Positions 24,480-36,815 of a stretch of 64,000 nt of DNA are shown here, piece by piece (position 1 is the first letter of the stretch; each line of letters opens with the position of its first letter). Source of the stretch: Phoronis australis (lineage: Eukaryota; Animalia; Phoronida); assembly GCA_002633005.1 (NCBI GenBank), contig NMRA01000371.1:1-64000 (forward strand). Direction: 5' to 3'. A program made the position numbers and the translations under genes. The notes under the pieces were generated by a model, which was not told where the DNA came from, ran no database searches, and worked only from the letters and a program-made list of their open reading frames with translations.

Positions 24480-26570
24480 AAGCCAACTCCTCTTGACTTG
24501 CCTACACTCACTTCTACCATGCCATTCTTTCTTTCACTTATCTTTTCAACAACCACATTAAAGGGACATAAATCCCAAAATTAAAAAACTTCAGAAAAAG
24601 AAACAAACTCTTTCGCCATTCAAAACATACTGGAAATGAACTGACTGAGAAAACTTCCTAAATCTTAGGAAACTAGTCCAACTAGAAACCCGCAAAGCCT
24701 ACCGGAATTACTTCAACAACATAATTACACCTTCCCAGAGTAATAATCGAAAAAAATTTTACTCTTTCATCAAAAGTCTCAACAAAGAATCACCAAATAT
24801 TGCTTCTCTAAAAAAGATGGCTTCCTACACACTGACCCAAAAAAGTCAGAAATAATTAAACACACACTTTTCCTCGGTCTTCACAAAGGACGATGGTACA
24901 GATACACCTGACAAGGGCACAAGCCCCTACAACTCCATGCATGATATAACCTTCCCTACTGACGGTATACGCAAAATGTTGCAAAACCTCAATCCTCACA
25001 AAGCCGCTGGACCAGACGAAATGTCTCACATTCTTAAAGTAGCAGCAGAAGAAATCTTTACCAAATCATATCAAACATCTACAGTTCCGACATAAAAGCG
25101 AACTGCAAACGTAGCACCCATCTTCAAACGGATGACAAAACTCTGGCTTCAAACTAACGCCCACTCACCTGCATATGTTCCAAACTTATGGAGCACATAA
25201 TTGTCAGTAACATTGTGCCTCATCTCGACACAAATAATATACTTTACACCTGGCAGCATGGTTTTCGTAGATCATGTGAAACACAACTTGTCACATTCGT
25301 AGATGACCTCTTCCAAACTATGGAAGCAGGCACTCAAGTCGACGCTGTGGTGCTGGACTTCTCCAAAGTCTTTGACAAGGTATCCCATCCAAGGCTCTTG
25401 GAGAAGATCAGATACTACGGTGTAAGGGGTCTTACCCACAATTCGATCCAGTCATTCCTATCTCATAGAAGACAGAGAGTCGTCGTCAATAGCGAATTCT
25501 CAAATTCCTCCCCAGTCCAATCAGGGGTGCCCAGGGCACTGTCCGTGACCCAGCACTCTTCATACTCTACATAAACGACTTTCCTGACAACATTCTTTCA
25601 AATGCCCGGCTTTTTGCTGATGATGCAGTTCTCTATAGACCCATTGGTTCCCCCACGATTGCCAAATTCTTCAACAAGACTTAGACTCCCTAGCCTCCTG
25701 GGAAAACTCCTGGAAAATGAACTTTAATATCTCCAAATGCAATATTCTTCGTATCCACAGAAAACGTTCCCCCATAATATACAATTACAGCCTACACAAC
25801 GCTTCACTCAAATGCATTAATGAAGCCCCACACCTCGGGGTCACTCTGCCCAATAATTAATCGTGGAACACTCGTATAGACACAATCACCTCAAAGGCAA
25901 ACAAAACTCTTGGCTTCATTAAACGAAATCTCAAATATGCTTCTCAAAAAACAAAAGCCCTTGTCTACACTTCACTTGTTAGACCGAAACTAGAATACTT
26001 CTCCTCCGTCTGGGATCCATTCACTCTCACAAACATTGAAAAAATCGAAAAAATACAGCGTAGAGTAGCCAGGTTCGCTTTAAATGACGACTCAAGGTAC
26101 TCCTCCGTTTCATCCATGCTCACAACTATCAATTGGCCCACCCTCTAGGAAAGACGAGCTCAGAACAAAGTATCCCTTCTGTACAAGACCGTACATAACC
26201 TGGTTGCTATTCCTCACTCATACCTCCCACTCCTACAGACCTCCAGATCACGAAACTCCCACTCTCATACCTTTGAGAGATTATACATCCGCACCACATA
26301 CCACGTAGACTCTTTCTTTCCATCTTCCATTTTACTCTGGAATAGACTCCCAAAATTCGCCATCTCATCATAAACAATAGAAATATTCACAAGTCACATC
26401 CTGAACATCAATCTTACACAGTAATCAGACCTGTTTTATCTTGGCACTAACCAGCACTTCGTTCTATCGTTATTTTTCAGTTACATACACCTCAGTTTTA
26501 TACTAACAATTCGCCAACAAGTAAGGATTGATACCACGATCGTTTGTCGTGTATAGGAAGAAGAAGAAGT
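24480..26570 (+). mobile_element. 5'-truncated CR1-group LINE, decayed ORF2 (RT) with (GAA)n tail
   Basis: KAAGPD, QHGFRRSCETQL, DFSKVFDKV, SGVP, YIND, LFADDA, SFFP...WNRLP motifs with many frameshifts; gaagaagaagaag at ~26557-26569. Confidence 0.88.
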
Positions 26571-26704
26571 CTTTTGCCACATTTTTCTTACTGGAAGTCG
26601 CGCCCTGCAAACGTTGTGTGTCTGATCGCCTGAATTTTGAAAAATATATTTCATCAAGTATATATAGACCGACTTCCTAAAACCGCTCTGAGGTGGTGGC
26701 GTAT

Positions 26705-27025
26705 TACAACTATTATTAAAATCTCTTGGTCTATTTACACCGACCTCTAGTCTATATACACTGTCACGACGTTTCGGTCGGTCTCTTCTCCGGACATCGT
26801 CAGGTGTTCCCGCGTTCTTACAAGAACGAGCACGGATACGTGGTACACTCATGGTGCCTCGCACAAAAAATCACAACATGAGTGTACCACGTATCCGTGC
26901 TCGTTCTTCTAAGAACGCGGGAACACCTGACGATGTCCGGAGAAGAGACCGACCGAAACGTCGTGACAGTGTATATAGACTAGAGGTCGGTGTAAATAGA
27001 CCAAGAGATTTTAATAATAGTTGTA
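26705..27025. repeat. Near-perfect inverted repeat (149-bp arms, 23-bp spacer) made of Penelope-like terminal repeat sequence
   Basis: 26705-26853 is the reverse complement of 26877-27025 with about 2 mismatches. Confidence 0.92.
26923..26966 (+). ncRNA. Minimal type I hammerhead ribozyme motif (mirror copy on the - strand at ~26764-26807)
   Basis: cac-CTGACGA-t-gtccgg..ccgac-c-GAAA-cGTC-gtg: CUGANGA and GAAA core, stem II, tiny stem III, GUC cleavage triplet. Confidence 0.7.
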
Positions 27026-28251
27026 CATATAGACCACCGACCCCTCATACACACAGTGAACACGTTTTCAGTTTAAAGCTATACAGTCAGTCTGCTCTGT
27101 CTGAATAGCTGTTATATAGGTTTTATGTTTCTGGTATCGTCGTTCTTGTTAAATGACAAATTATGTATCCACGAGTTCTGGTCTCGGGCAGGAGTACAGC
27201 TGTGATAACAGAAAAGCGAGAGAACGTAGCACATTCACGTTATGTTTTTGTAATAGAAAGAAGCAGAAACGTATAAAAGAAATGTAAAATATATTGACAG
27301 GAATTAAGAATGACGTCACAAAAGGATGACGTCATAGAAAACTATAACATCACAACAATTCGTATCTACTTGGACCGACTGACGTTTTCGAAGCTTACTC
27401 GGTGAGTCACATTTTTTCATAGAAAAAGTTGCAGTTGCTTTTCTTATTAAGAAGAATGTGCTAAATGGATCGAAATGTCGTCAAAAAGGTAAGTGGAATA
27501 CCAATTCTCGCACGCCACCCGTGCATTGTTGTGTTAGTCCAACGTGAATTGTGAGCAATTTTACTACTCAATAAGTAACATCTGCGTAATAAAATCCTGG
27601 TGAATACTCTCGAATCGTACAAAATGGTAGGTAAATGTTAGAGTCACTAACTTTTATTGTAAAATATTTGTGAAAATAATTTGTAAACACTGTTAAAGTC
27701 GTAATCCGATCAAAGAAATAAGTCAAATTTTGATACAAAAATAGTGTTACTTTGAATGCACCGTGCGATTTTGATATTTTTTAATTATTGTATTGTAGAC
27801 AATGATACATTTCCTGTGCAATAGTCTTTGTAGTTCACTTACTTCATATAGTCTCGAACCCTTAATTCAGACGAAGGACTTCTAAACAAGAGCTAAGTCG
27901 CCGTTAAATAGTGCACAAATCAGAAAATTTCAAAACATCACACGCATTATCCACACCAATATCTATGGGCGTTAACCGCTTTGAATACTGGCAACGGGTA
28001 AGTGTGTCATCATCTGCTCCTGGGTAAACTCTAACTCACGGTCAGTTGTGAACGTTCAATGGGTGTAATGGTGTATGGATACGTCAGACAGCATTATGGT
28101 CTCCAAATTATAGGTCATTGATTCTTTTATTCTTGAAACCATTTTAAAAATGTAATAAAGTTACAAAAAACATTCAAAAAGTGCAGAATACGCAATATTG
28201 TGATTCTTTTTAGAACAAAAATATATAGAAGTATCCCATTTGAGAGATTTC

Positions 28252-28500
28252 TTAAATTTGTTCATACATCCAAGATCTATCCCTATAATTTGGCAGTAAT
28301 CTTTCTCGTATACATATTTCATTGAAGACACGACTTTGATCTGCTTTTACTAGTTTAATTTCAGTTCTTTCAAACTCACTAAATAGAGATCTTGTCTTTA
28401 CATCACAACACTGCAATAAAAATCCAAACGACATCAGTAGGTAACATAATTCAAAAAGCGATATTTCGAGACACATATCTCATCTTCAGGATACTATTTA
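28252..28500 (-). mobile_element. Penelope-like element 5' fragment with hammerhead-like motif
   Basis: CTGAAGA-tgagatatgtgtctc-GAAA-tatc on the - strand at ~28456-28487; FNEICIRERLLPNY resembles the N-terminus of PLE ORFs. Confidence 0.6.
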
Positions 28501-28972
28501 CAACTAGTTCACAGTGAAACGCACATCAGAAACGACAAATGCAATATATACAAAAAACGTTCCGGGAGTGGCGTACATGAAATATTATCCCACGAAACAT
28601 TATTACGCGTATCGACCGAGACCGAACGTGGCGGATCACATCCTATAAGTATGTACTTGCGCGTTAGGCTGGAAGCTTTCTCTAGTAAAAGAAACAGTTT
28701 TCTGTGTGGCGAGTTATTACTTGAAAAGAGATAACAAAGATGTAAACAAGGGTAACCTTTCATTGAACTTGTAACATCTGAAAATAGTTCAATAACAACA
28801 ATATTTGATATTGTAGATACCAAGGAATCGGTGCCTCAGTTACAGACGATAAAATATTTAGCAAATGAAAACTGAGACAGATCGAACTGTCATAATTAAC
28901 AGTCCTGTTCCTGATGTTACGACTGGGACCTGATTGTATGTTGAGCGTTATTGGTGGTATATCAATGCGTGT

Positions 28973-29689
28973 TGTGGCCAATAAATGGCGCGCACGTGGT
29001 AATAAGTAAAACAACACACGAATACTTTAACAATAGAATACGTCTATTAATTTGCAGCGTTGTGATTTACAAATTAAAGATTACAATAAGTTGTGAGACC
29101 GACGACTAACTGATTGAGACAAGATATACCTGCTAGAAAACTACTAATCAACAGTGCCGCTGGTTCCCGTAGCTACCGCACACGTTAACACAAAACAAGT
29201 CACAACAGAACTAACCCTCCAGAACAATCACTAGCCGGTTCAAATTGACTAACAGGCTGAGACCAACGCCCGTGATAAATGTCTATACCTCAGTTGTTCT
29301 TTTCCCCTTGACTCTTTGGTCACTGAAGTTGTTCGTCCGGCTCCGGCTTCGTCTTAGAAGTTTGAAGTTGTCTTCCAGCTCTGGAGTTGTGCCCTGTAGT
29401 CTGGAGTTTTGATCTAAGGTGGATCCAGTCTGCCCTGGTCTCGAGAGCCAGCGCTCCAAACACTAAACTAAGTGGCATCACGGATGGACCCACTCTGCAT
29501 GCACATATATGTCCATCTCCCTATAACTCAAAATTCTAGCATAGCTGCCACCACTCCTGTATTATTGCATAACTGCCTCTATTCCTGGGTTTTCAACATC
29601 AGAGTACTATCCCTGGACTTAACCACCTCAGAGATAGCATATCCCCTGAAATTCATTGCACATGGAGGGCATAGCCTCATCATACCACA
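28973..29689 (-). mobile_element. 3' LTR (717 bp) of the env-bearing Gypsy element
   Basis: TGTGG...CCACA termini; immediately preceded on the - strand by polypurine tract aaaaggggggag (29690-29701). Confidence 0.8.
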
Positions 29690-30071
29690 CTCCCCCCTTT
29701 TGCTAAGCCAAAAATTTACCAAAAAAATATTTGGGCAACTGTGCAATTTCCTGACAATACAAAGTTTCTGCAGGTGATCACCATACAACTGCACGAGATA
29801 TAAAGTGCAAACAGCAACAAAACAAAAGAAGTCGTCAGTCTCCAAACAATCACCAAACAAGTTCACAAACCAAACCTCACAACCACTCTAAACTAATACA
29901 ATTAAACGAAGATAATGAAATCACACACCTATACATTAATAAACCGTATCAATCCAACATTACGCTACCAAACCATACCTCAACTCAATAAATCAACACA
30001 AAGCGTAATTATGCAACACTCCACCCCAAATTAACTAACTAAGAATATAACATATTACTACCGACACCTGC

Positions 30072-30473
30072 CTACAGCTGCAGCCGGTGAGTATGCGGCG
30101 TATGGACGAAATCGCCCGCCAGCAGACTCTCGGGGACATCCGCCACAGCCACGGGCATGTGCCTGGTCGGTCGCCCTCCTATCTCCACCTCCAACATGTA
30201 CACATCGATGACATCGACCTGTCGGCTCCGCCGGTCATAGCGCACCCGGGCATAGGAGACGTCCGCCTCACGCGGACAGCCCCACGACTTGTTGTCGCAG
30301 GGAAGTCCCTCCAGCTGCCGCGTCATGCCTTCCAGGACCTTGGCGAAGTCCTCCAAAGATAAAATTGTAACATCGGCACTTGGGTCTGCCCTAAAACAAA
30401 TCCAGTGTCCCTCCACCGATGCGTCCAGGTATACGGCCGGTAGGGTCTTGTATGTTGGTCCGGCGTCTTCCAT
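30072..30473 (-). CDS. Accessory 133-aa retropepsin-like protein with a degenerate active site, between env and the 3' LTR
   Basis: ICFRADPSADVTILS resembles FLVDTGADVSIIS; LEVEIGG...VAVADVPESLLAGDF resembles the retropepsin C-terminal LLG.D motif; intact ATG-to-stop ORF. Confidence 0.55.
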   Translation of the reverse strand: MEDAGPTYKTLPAVYLDASVEGHWICFRADPSADVTILSLEDFAKVLEGMTRQLEGLPCDNKSWGCPREADVSYARVRYDRRSRQVDVIDVYMLEVEIGGRPTRHMPVAVADVPESLLAGDFVHTPHTHRLQL

Positions 30474-30627
30474 CTTGTATTTCCTATAACAGTTCTATAA
30501 GTCTTATACATTGATATATATCGTCTGATGACTCTAAATGTTAGTAAGTACTACCTTTATTGTCAACCACCCATGTATTGTAGTCTTTAGTGCAAGGGTT
30601 GGTAGTACTACTACTGATTGTCTGAAT

Positions 30628-32106
30628 TCACACAGAGGCCTCCTCATGGCTCCCTGCAGTGTCTGAATCCAAGACAGGATACATACGCCGAACGAACTGT
30701 TTCATTTCGATTGGTCTGCCATTCCACAGGGCCGATATGGTCGTGTGGTCGTCAGCACTGGGTTTCTCCCCAGCCGGCGACGGCTGTTGGGCGTCGTTCC
30801 GTGCACCCAAATGTGCCAACTCAGGCGGTGCATTGGCAACCTGGCGCTTATCACTGGTTAGCACAAGCTGATACTGTTTAAGCATGGCACGTGCAATTTG
30901 TCTACGTCTCAAGAAAACAATCAACCCCAAAATCAAAAGCGATGCTGCTATTCCCAGAGCGACATATAACCAAAATTCGTTATCGGGGGTCCATGGTTTC
31001 GGGATTTCTAGTTCACGTAGATCAGTGACTAAATTGTCCAGGGGAATTTCGGGTAAGTGAGCAAGGCGAGGCGGTATTTTCACCTCCCCGTGTTTAGGAA
31101 AAGCTACTACATAGGGAGACCACATAGCAAAGGATTCCTCTCGAATTCTCAAAACTCGAGCAAAACTATCGGGGTGCTCATATCTAGATTCTCTGTGAAA
31201 AGTTCCTAGAAGTATCATAGTTGGGTGTGTGGCCTGGCACCCGTAATCAACATGTATCAAGTTTACCCCAGTGTCCGCTATAATCGACTTGGTGTTAGTG
31301 CGGCTGTGGTTGCACAGAAGGGAGAATCTCGTAATCTCGCTACTTACTACAGCGTACCAGCCAGATTTCAGATATATGGCCAGTGGTAAAGCTGTGTTCG
31401 TTCTAATGAAAACGCGGCAGAATTTTTTTATAGCATCGTCAAACTTCATGAACAGAGCCACCACACAATCCTTGCTCAAATTGACAGGCCGTAACGGTTG
31501 TCGGGTTTCACAAAAACTAAGCGACGAGCACGCCTTCATGCTGGCATAATCTAGTAAGGCATAGGACGTTCGTTCTGGGTTTATGGCTAACGCTGCCGCC
31601 TCTAATGAGTATTTTGCCAAAATGTGCGAGCGGTTAGAATTAGGGAAAGGAGCAGGCAAATTGTGAATTTGAAATAATTCCATTCGTCCATAAGTGTCAA
31701 TTAATGATATCCGAAATGTGACCAAAATTCGCCCATTTTCCCACGCAGTATGACAAGGGAGAGACTTATAATATTGGAACAACTCCGTGTCAGGATCAAA
31801 AGGTAATTTTAAATGGCGTGGAATATTTATTCGTATGTCCTCTAATATTCTGCGTAAGGCCTCCGGCTGAACCACTGCTGGAGTAATTTGACCCAGAGAC
31901 ACTATTCCTATCTGACTTTCAATGTGAGCCAAATAGCCTAAGGCTTTTTGCGCTGCCAATTCCAAATGGTTTAAAATAAGTTCTAAATGCATGTAGCTTT
32001 GGGTGAAAACCGACAAATCTTGTATTTCATGGTGTAGCATATCAGTCACGTTATTAAGACGTTGTTCTATCTCATAAGTCGAAAGAATCAAGTCATTCAA
32101 GGTTTC
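30628..32106 (-). CDS. env: Envelope glycoprotein (class I, baculovirus F/errantivirus-like); N-terminus lost in the gap
   Basis: Open for about 490 codons; heptad-like N-terminal part, Cys-rich ectodomain with N-glycosylation sequons, single TM FWLYVALGIAASLLILGLIVFL followed by RRRQ and a cytoplasmic tail; lies 3' of integrase. Confidence 0.8.
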   Translation of the reverse strand, partial: ETLNDLILSTYEIEQRLNNVTDMLHHEIQDLSVFTQSYMHLELILNHLELAAQKALGYLAHIESQIGIVSLGQITPAVVQPEALRRILEDIRINIPRHLKLPFDPDTELFQYYKSLPCHTAWENGRILVTFRISLIDTYGRMELFQIHNLPAPFPNSNRSHILAKYSLEAAALAINPERTSYALLDYASMKACSSLSFCETRQPLRPVNLSKDCVVALFMKFDDAIKKFCRVFIRTNTALPLAIYLKSGWYAVVSSEITRFSLLCNHSRTNTKSIIADTGVNLIHVDYGCQATHPTMILLGTFHRESRYEHPDSFARVLRIREESFAMWSPYVVAFPKHGEVKIPPRLAHLPEIPLDNLVTDLRELEIPKPWTPDNEFWLYVALGIAASLLILGLIVFLRRRQIARAMLKQYQLVLTSDKRQVANAPPELAHLGARNDAQQPSPAGEKPSADDHTTISALWNGRPIEMKQFVRRMYPVLDSDTAGSHEEASV

Positions 32107-32275
32107 NNNNNNNNNNNNNNNNNNNNNNNNNNNNNNNNNNNNNNNNNNNNNNNNNNNNNNNNNNNNNNNNNNNNNNNNNNNNNNNNNNNNNNNNNNNNNN
32201 NNNNNNNNNNNNNNNNNNNNNNNNNNNNNNNNNNNNNNNNNNNNNNNNNNNNNNNNNNNNNNNNNNNNNNNNNNN
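32107..32275. other. Assembly gap between integrase and env
   Basis: Run of n; true length probably larger because the integrase C-terminus and env N-terminus are both missing. Confidence 1.
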
Positions 32276-33075
32276 TTGCTAGTCTTTTGTTCTGATGGTG
32301 TTTTATCACCCGATAAACTGTCCTAAAAACTCTATGTTGGTTTTGTAGGATAACCTTATGTTCTTCCTCGCCCACGTATTTAGCACGTGGCCGCATTATG
32401 TTATGTATAGGAAGTTTAGGATCTCTACCGAACATAAGAAAATAACTGCTATACCCAGTATAATTGGTATGAAAATTTAAACATGACTCTGCTTGACTGA
32501 GGTAAACATCCCATTGTTCTGGATTTTCACGACATAATTTACTCAAAACGTCACCGAGTACTTTGTGTGATCGTTCGACTCGGCCATTTGCTTTTGGATT
32601 GTAGAAACTGGTGGTAACATGCCGAATATTAAATGATTCCAATACATCTTTTACTGTTTTGTTCACAAACTCAGAGCCGTTGTCCGAGACCAGAATGTTC
32701 ATTATACCGAATCTACAAAAGGTATCAGTAGTTAGGATTCGTGCAATTGTAGCGGCACTCTTATCCGGCATCGGATATAACAACGTATAATTTGAAAACC
32801 AATCAGTCAGAGTCAAAATATATCGATTACCACTGGGTGATGGTGTCACTGGACCGACACAATCTATTGCCACCTGTTGCCAAGGGCCGTTCACAACATT
32901 GGACGCCCCTAGCGGAGATTTAACTGCTTTTAGATTTCGTTCCTGGCAGGTAACGCATTCTGAAACAAACTTCTCAATGTCTTTAAACATTCTAGGCCAG
33001 AAATAACTGTTTCTAGATGTCTGATAGGTCCTATCTATCCCTGCATGTCCTAGATGATCGTGATATTGTTTGAAA
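32276..33075 (-). CDS. pol: Gypsy/Ty3 integrase (partial pol)
   Basis: HDHLGH...YFWPRM...CVTCQ zinc motif, AIDCVG, SDNGSEF and NGRVER (DD35E); no stops in the visible part; sequence upstream of ~33080 is unrelated. Confidence 0.93.
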
Positions 33076-36000
33076 ATTAATTAGATCGTTCAAATTTTTC
33101 ATGCTATTTGTCATAATTTGATCATTTTGATCGAGGCGAGTGTCATGCATGAGACAGGGTTACATTTACTTTCTTTCGCAACATCTTTCGAGAATTTACA
33201 AAAATAGGCCCACTCAAAAGTACGGCCATGGGCGTATTTTCGGAAAATTTTCCAAAAGTACTCCCACGGGCGTATTTTCGATAACTGTTTTCATGTTTCG
33301 AAAATCTAATGGATGGTTCTAAAGTACGTTTGTAATAAGTTTTGATGTAAAATTTTGTTTATTTTAGCGAGACGTTATGTAATGGGATCACGATTTCACT
33401 CAAATGACAATCATTTAACAAGACTTTGGGTGACCTGGTTGGTAACCAACAGTATTACCACAGTATGGAGGACTGTTTTAACGCACTGTTTGCTCAATGC
33501 AAAATAAGTATGAACGAATAAAATTCACACTAATGAGATTCAACTACATGTATCAAAAAGACGACTTTATTTCGAACAGTGTGTATATTCGGTCGGTTTC
33601 GGAAATTCCCGGTAGTACCACCTTATATTAGGATATATAGCGTCTGTCCTCTTAGCTAGTGTATCATGATGAAACAACAAATCTACCTAATGGGATTTAC
33701 ATGGTAAAGGCAGATTAATCCATAGAGAAGGACCCATTTAAATTTAGAGGATGTAAGATATTTTATAACTTTTAATGTTCTTTGTGAAAAACATTAAAAG
33801 CAACAGAAACACTGGATGTGATTAATACAAAAGCGCATGATGTATTTTTTGCAAAATGTTAATTTCATTTTGGACTTGCAATGAACACATTTTTCATTAA
33901 GAGTTGATAAATTACAATGAGACAAAAATGCACCTTTAGATGGCATCTTATATCTCATAACAATTTCCAGTTATAAAATACAGTTATCGAGTCAGTGAAG
34001 AAAGTAGGAAAAGCAGAAGCTGTACGAATCCTGACTAATGGCTCAGGGAAAATGCAAACCTCTTGAAACATCAATAGATGAAGGATATCGTGTAGCATAC
34101 ATCTCACAAGTACAGTCCGCAGCTACGAAGTCAGTAGAAGCTGAGACTGATAAAGCGGGAAAATCCCAATCCCAGCCGACGTCAAAAACTTTAAATAAAT
34201 TAGTGAACCTAGAGAAATTTGCTACAATATTATTGCTCGAAAAAGCAAGCGCCCGCATAAAATAGCGTCAAACTAACGGAAAACAAATGGATGTCTAAAA
34301 GTACTAATGGAAATCATGTAATTCAGTTAATACAGCGTTACTGCCACGAACATTCTCAACAACTAGAGAAGACGATAGGTGTTGCGTGAGTACTGTAAGA
34401 ACTTTGTGTGCTACTGAGAACGACAATGATCTGTGTTCCGGGAAACGAGAGAATTCCTGAGGAATTTGCACGGTTATCGATATCCGTTGAAACGTCAAAG
34501 TGTCTAAAAACTGTTATGAATTTATTCCCCCGAATCAGGAGATGGTCGCTATTGTTAACCATAATTTAAAACATAACACAAATTTGCATTGTTTAATAAT
34601 TGTCCACCAAGTCGTGTTGAACAGCAGCTTTATGAACCCTAAACTAAACATATGGTGGCAATTGCTTGTAAGAAGAAAAGAAACACAATAAAACATCGAG
34701 ATCTGAACGTTTTGGAGAGGTTACAGGTACTTTAATTGATTTTTCAATGCATTTGCAAAAAAAGAGGACGACGACTATTCTGAATAAAAGAGAATTTTCG
34801 AAAACACTGATGTGCGTGAGCAAAGACGGTCAGTTCATGGGACAAAACTCGTGTTAACGAAAAGGTACGCTCTCAATGAGAATTTCTATTTTGCGCTCTC
34901 GAGGGAGAAAATTCATCTGCTCTTTTGTCACTGGTTCAATAGTTCGGAATACCAGGATCTGTTTCATGAAAAGTGACTTAATACTTAAGTGAAAAATTTT
35001 GGTCTTACGCTTCACACAACAAGATCTAAAAGATAAGTAAATTTGATTATGAATTTAATTATTTATTTTATTAAACTTGATAGTTGTCTGTACGAATATA
35101 CAGATAACTGCTAGTTACTGATATAATTTTAAAATTTATAAATAATGTTTAGCTGTGATACGCTCTTACTTACTAAGCCTTTATTCATGGTGAAGCCAGA
35201 ACATGTTACCAAATTTCTGTCCGTAATTCTTAAAGTACTTAAAAACCACCAATTTCATATCAAAAACACCAAAAAGACGCCATCAGTCGACCAGCAAACA
35301 CTATCTGACAATATGTTAATAAACTGACCTGCAGTTACGAATCTTTATTGGCTGGTACATACTAGGTAGAATCAAACAACCAATCACAGGATTACGTTTA
35401 GTGAAAAAGTCGACAAACATTGCTGCTCGTTTTCCCGTTGTTTATGGTAAAATAAAGAATGACGAGACGTTGCGTTTGTGGTGGTCGTCACAACTTAGTG
35501 TTTGAGCACGCTGTGGCTCTTTTCTCTTTCCCGTGGGACGTCAGAGAAGCGCGGAAACTCCTTGTGTTTGTGGACATGACACTTAAGCGTCATTTTCATG
35601 CCTTGGAGCTAACTAACTTTCAATAAATCGTTTTTGCTCTGTTTTCTCGTTTTTGGTTTATTGGGTTCGTGTTTGTCATATGCAACTTTAAAGGTAAGGT
35701 TTAACCATACTGACGATGTAGCCACTTGTCAAAGCAAGGTAAATGTTGGTTTTAAGCACTTTAAATCATTTTTCATGAAGCACAATTAAGCCAGGTTATG
35801 TCGACATTGGTTGTTTTCGTACATACATAATAATAACAGTAATGTATGTTGGCTACAAATTTTCTTTTTGAAACAAATGCTATTGAATAAAACATTGACT
35901 TCAGTCAATAGCGAATGTGCAAATCCGCCATCTTGAATTTGCGCCGCAGTTGAATTATGGGAAGTGTATGCCTCTATCGCTTGACAACCGATTGTGTACA

Positions 36001-36563
36001 GTGTTGCCGGGTGTTGTAGTAACGAATGTTTAGCACAGAAGCGGTCAATAAAGTTATTTTATTTGAATTCTTATCCAAAATTAATATTAAACGAATAACT
36101 AGTGCAGGAAGCATGCAACTTTATCTTATTATAGAAATGTTTTGGAAATTAATAAAGTCAACGTTGCCGCACCCCAGCTCCGTCGGACTGTGACCCCGGG
36201 GCCCGGTCTACAATCTGCGTCAGATGCCGATTTGAGCAACTGAACGAACTGAGGACTGCTCAGTCGAAAAAAAGTTTGATTACAGGAGTATTTGTTCATA
36301 TGTTGGAAGGAATTAAAGACATCGACGACCTCTTATGGTGTCCCTCTATGAGCAAAAGGTACTTATAGCAATGTGACTTAGTTGTTTTAAAGGAGAATGT
36401 CACCCGATTTAATTAGTCTTTTTTACCGTCTTAATCGGTCTATATCCACATCGCCTCTTACAGGGTCGACCTCACCTTGCCGAGAGGTGTCGCGTTAATC
36501 TGTGAGGAAGGTAAGAAAAGACACAGCGACGTCAGTGGTTCGTCTGCAGAGTAAAATTCGCTA

Positions 36564-36815
36564 TATTGCTGTGCATTATTCCCCGGCGCTTGTCCGAAAA
36601 ATGAAGCTGCGAAGAAAGCGGGTATATTGTTTTTTCGACTTCCTCGAGAGCCTGAAATGCTTAGGAAGTGGCTCGCGGCAGTGAAGAATGAAAGGTAGGC
36701 TGTTAATAGCAAGTATGAGGCCGTGAAACATCTCGTGTTTGTGGCCGGCATTTCGTCGACAGTGATTTCTCTGACGAATTCCGGCTTACCAAAGAACTAT
36801 CCATACGTTCCGTTG
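36564..36815 (+). pseudogene. THAP-domain remnant
   Basis: YCCALFPGAC...FFRLPREPEMLRKWLAAVKNER*...RVCGRHFVDSDF, with a stop and a frameshift. Confidence 0.8.

Noticed and set aside
26481-27108. Two ORFs with identical peptide on opposite strands
   Set aside because: A by-product of the palindrome; no recognisable domain
34038-34265. 75-aa ORF
   Set aside because: No domain or gene context recognised
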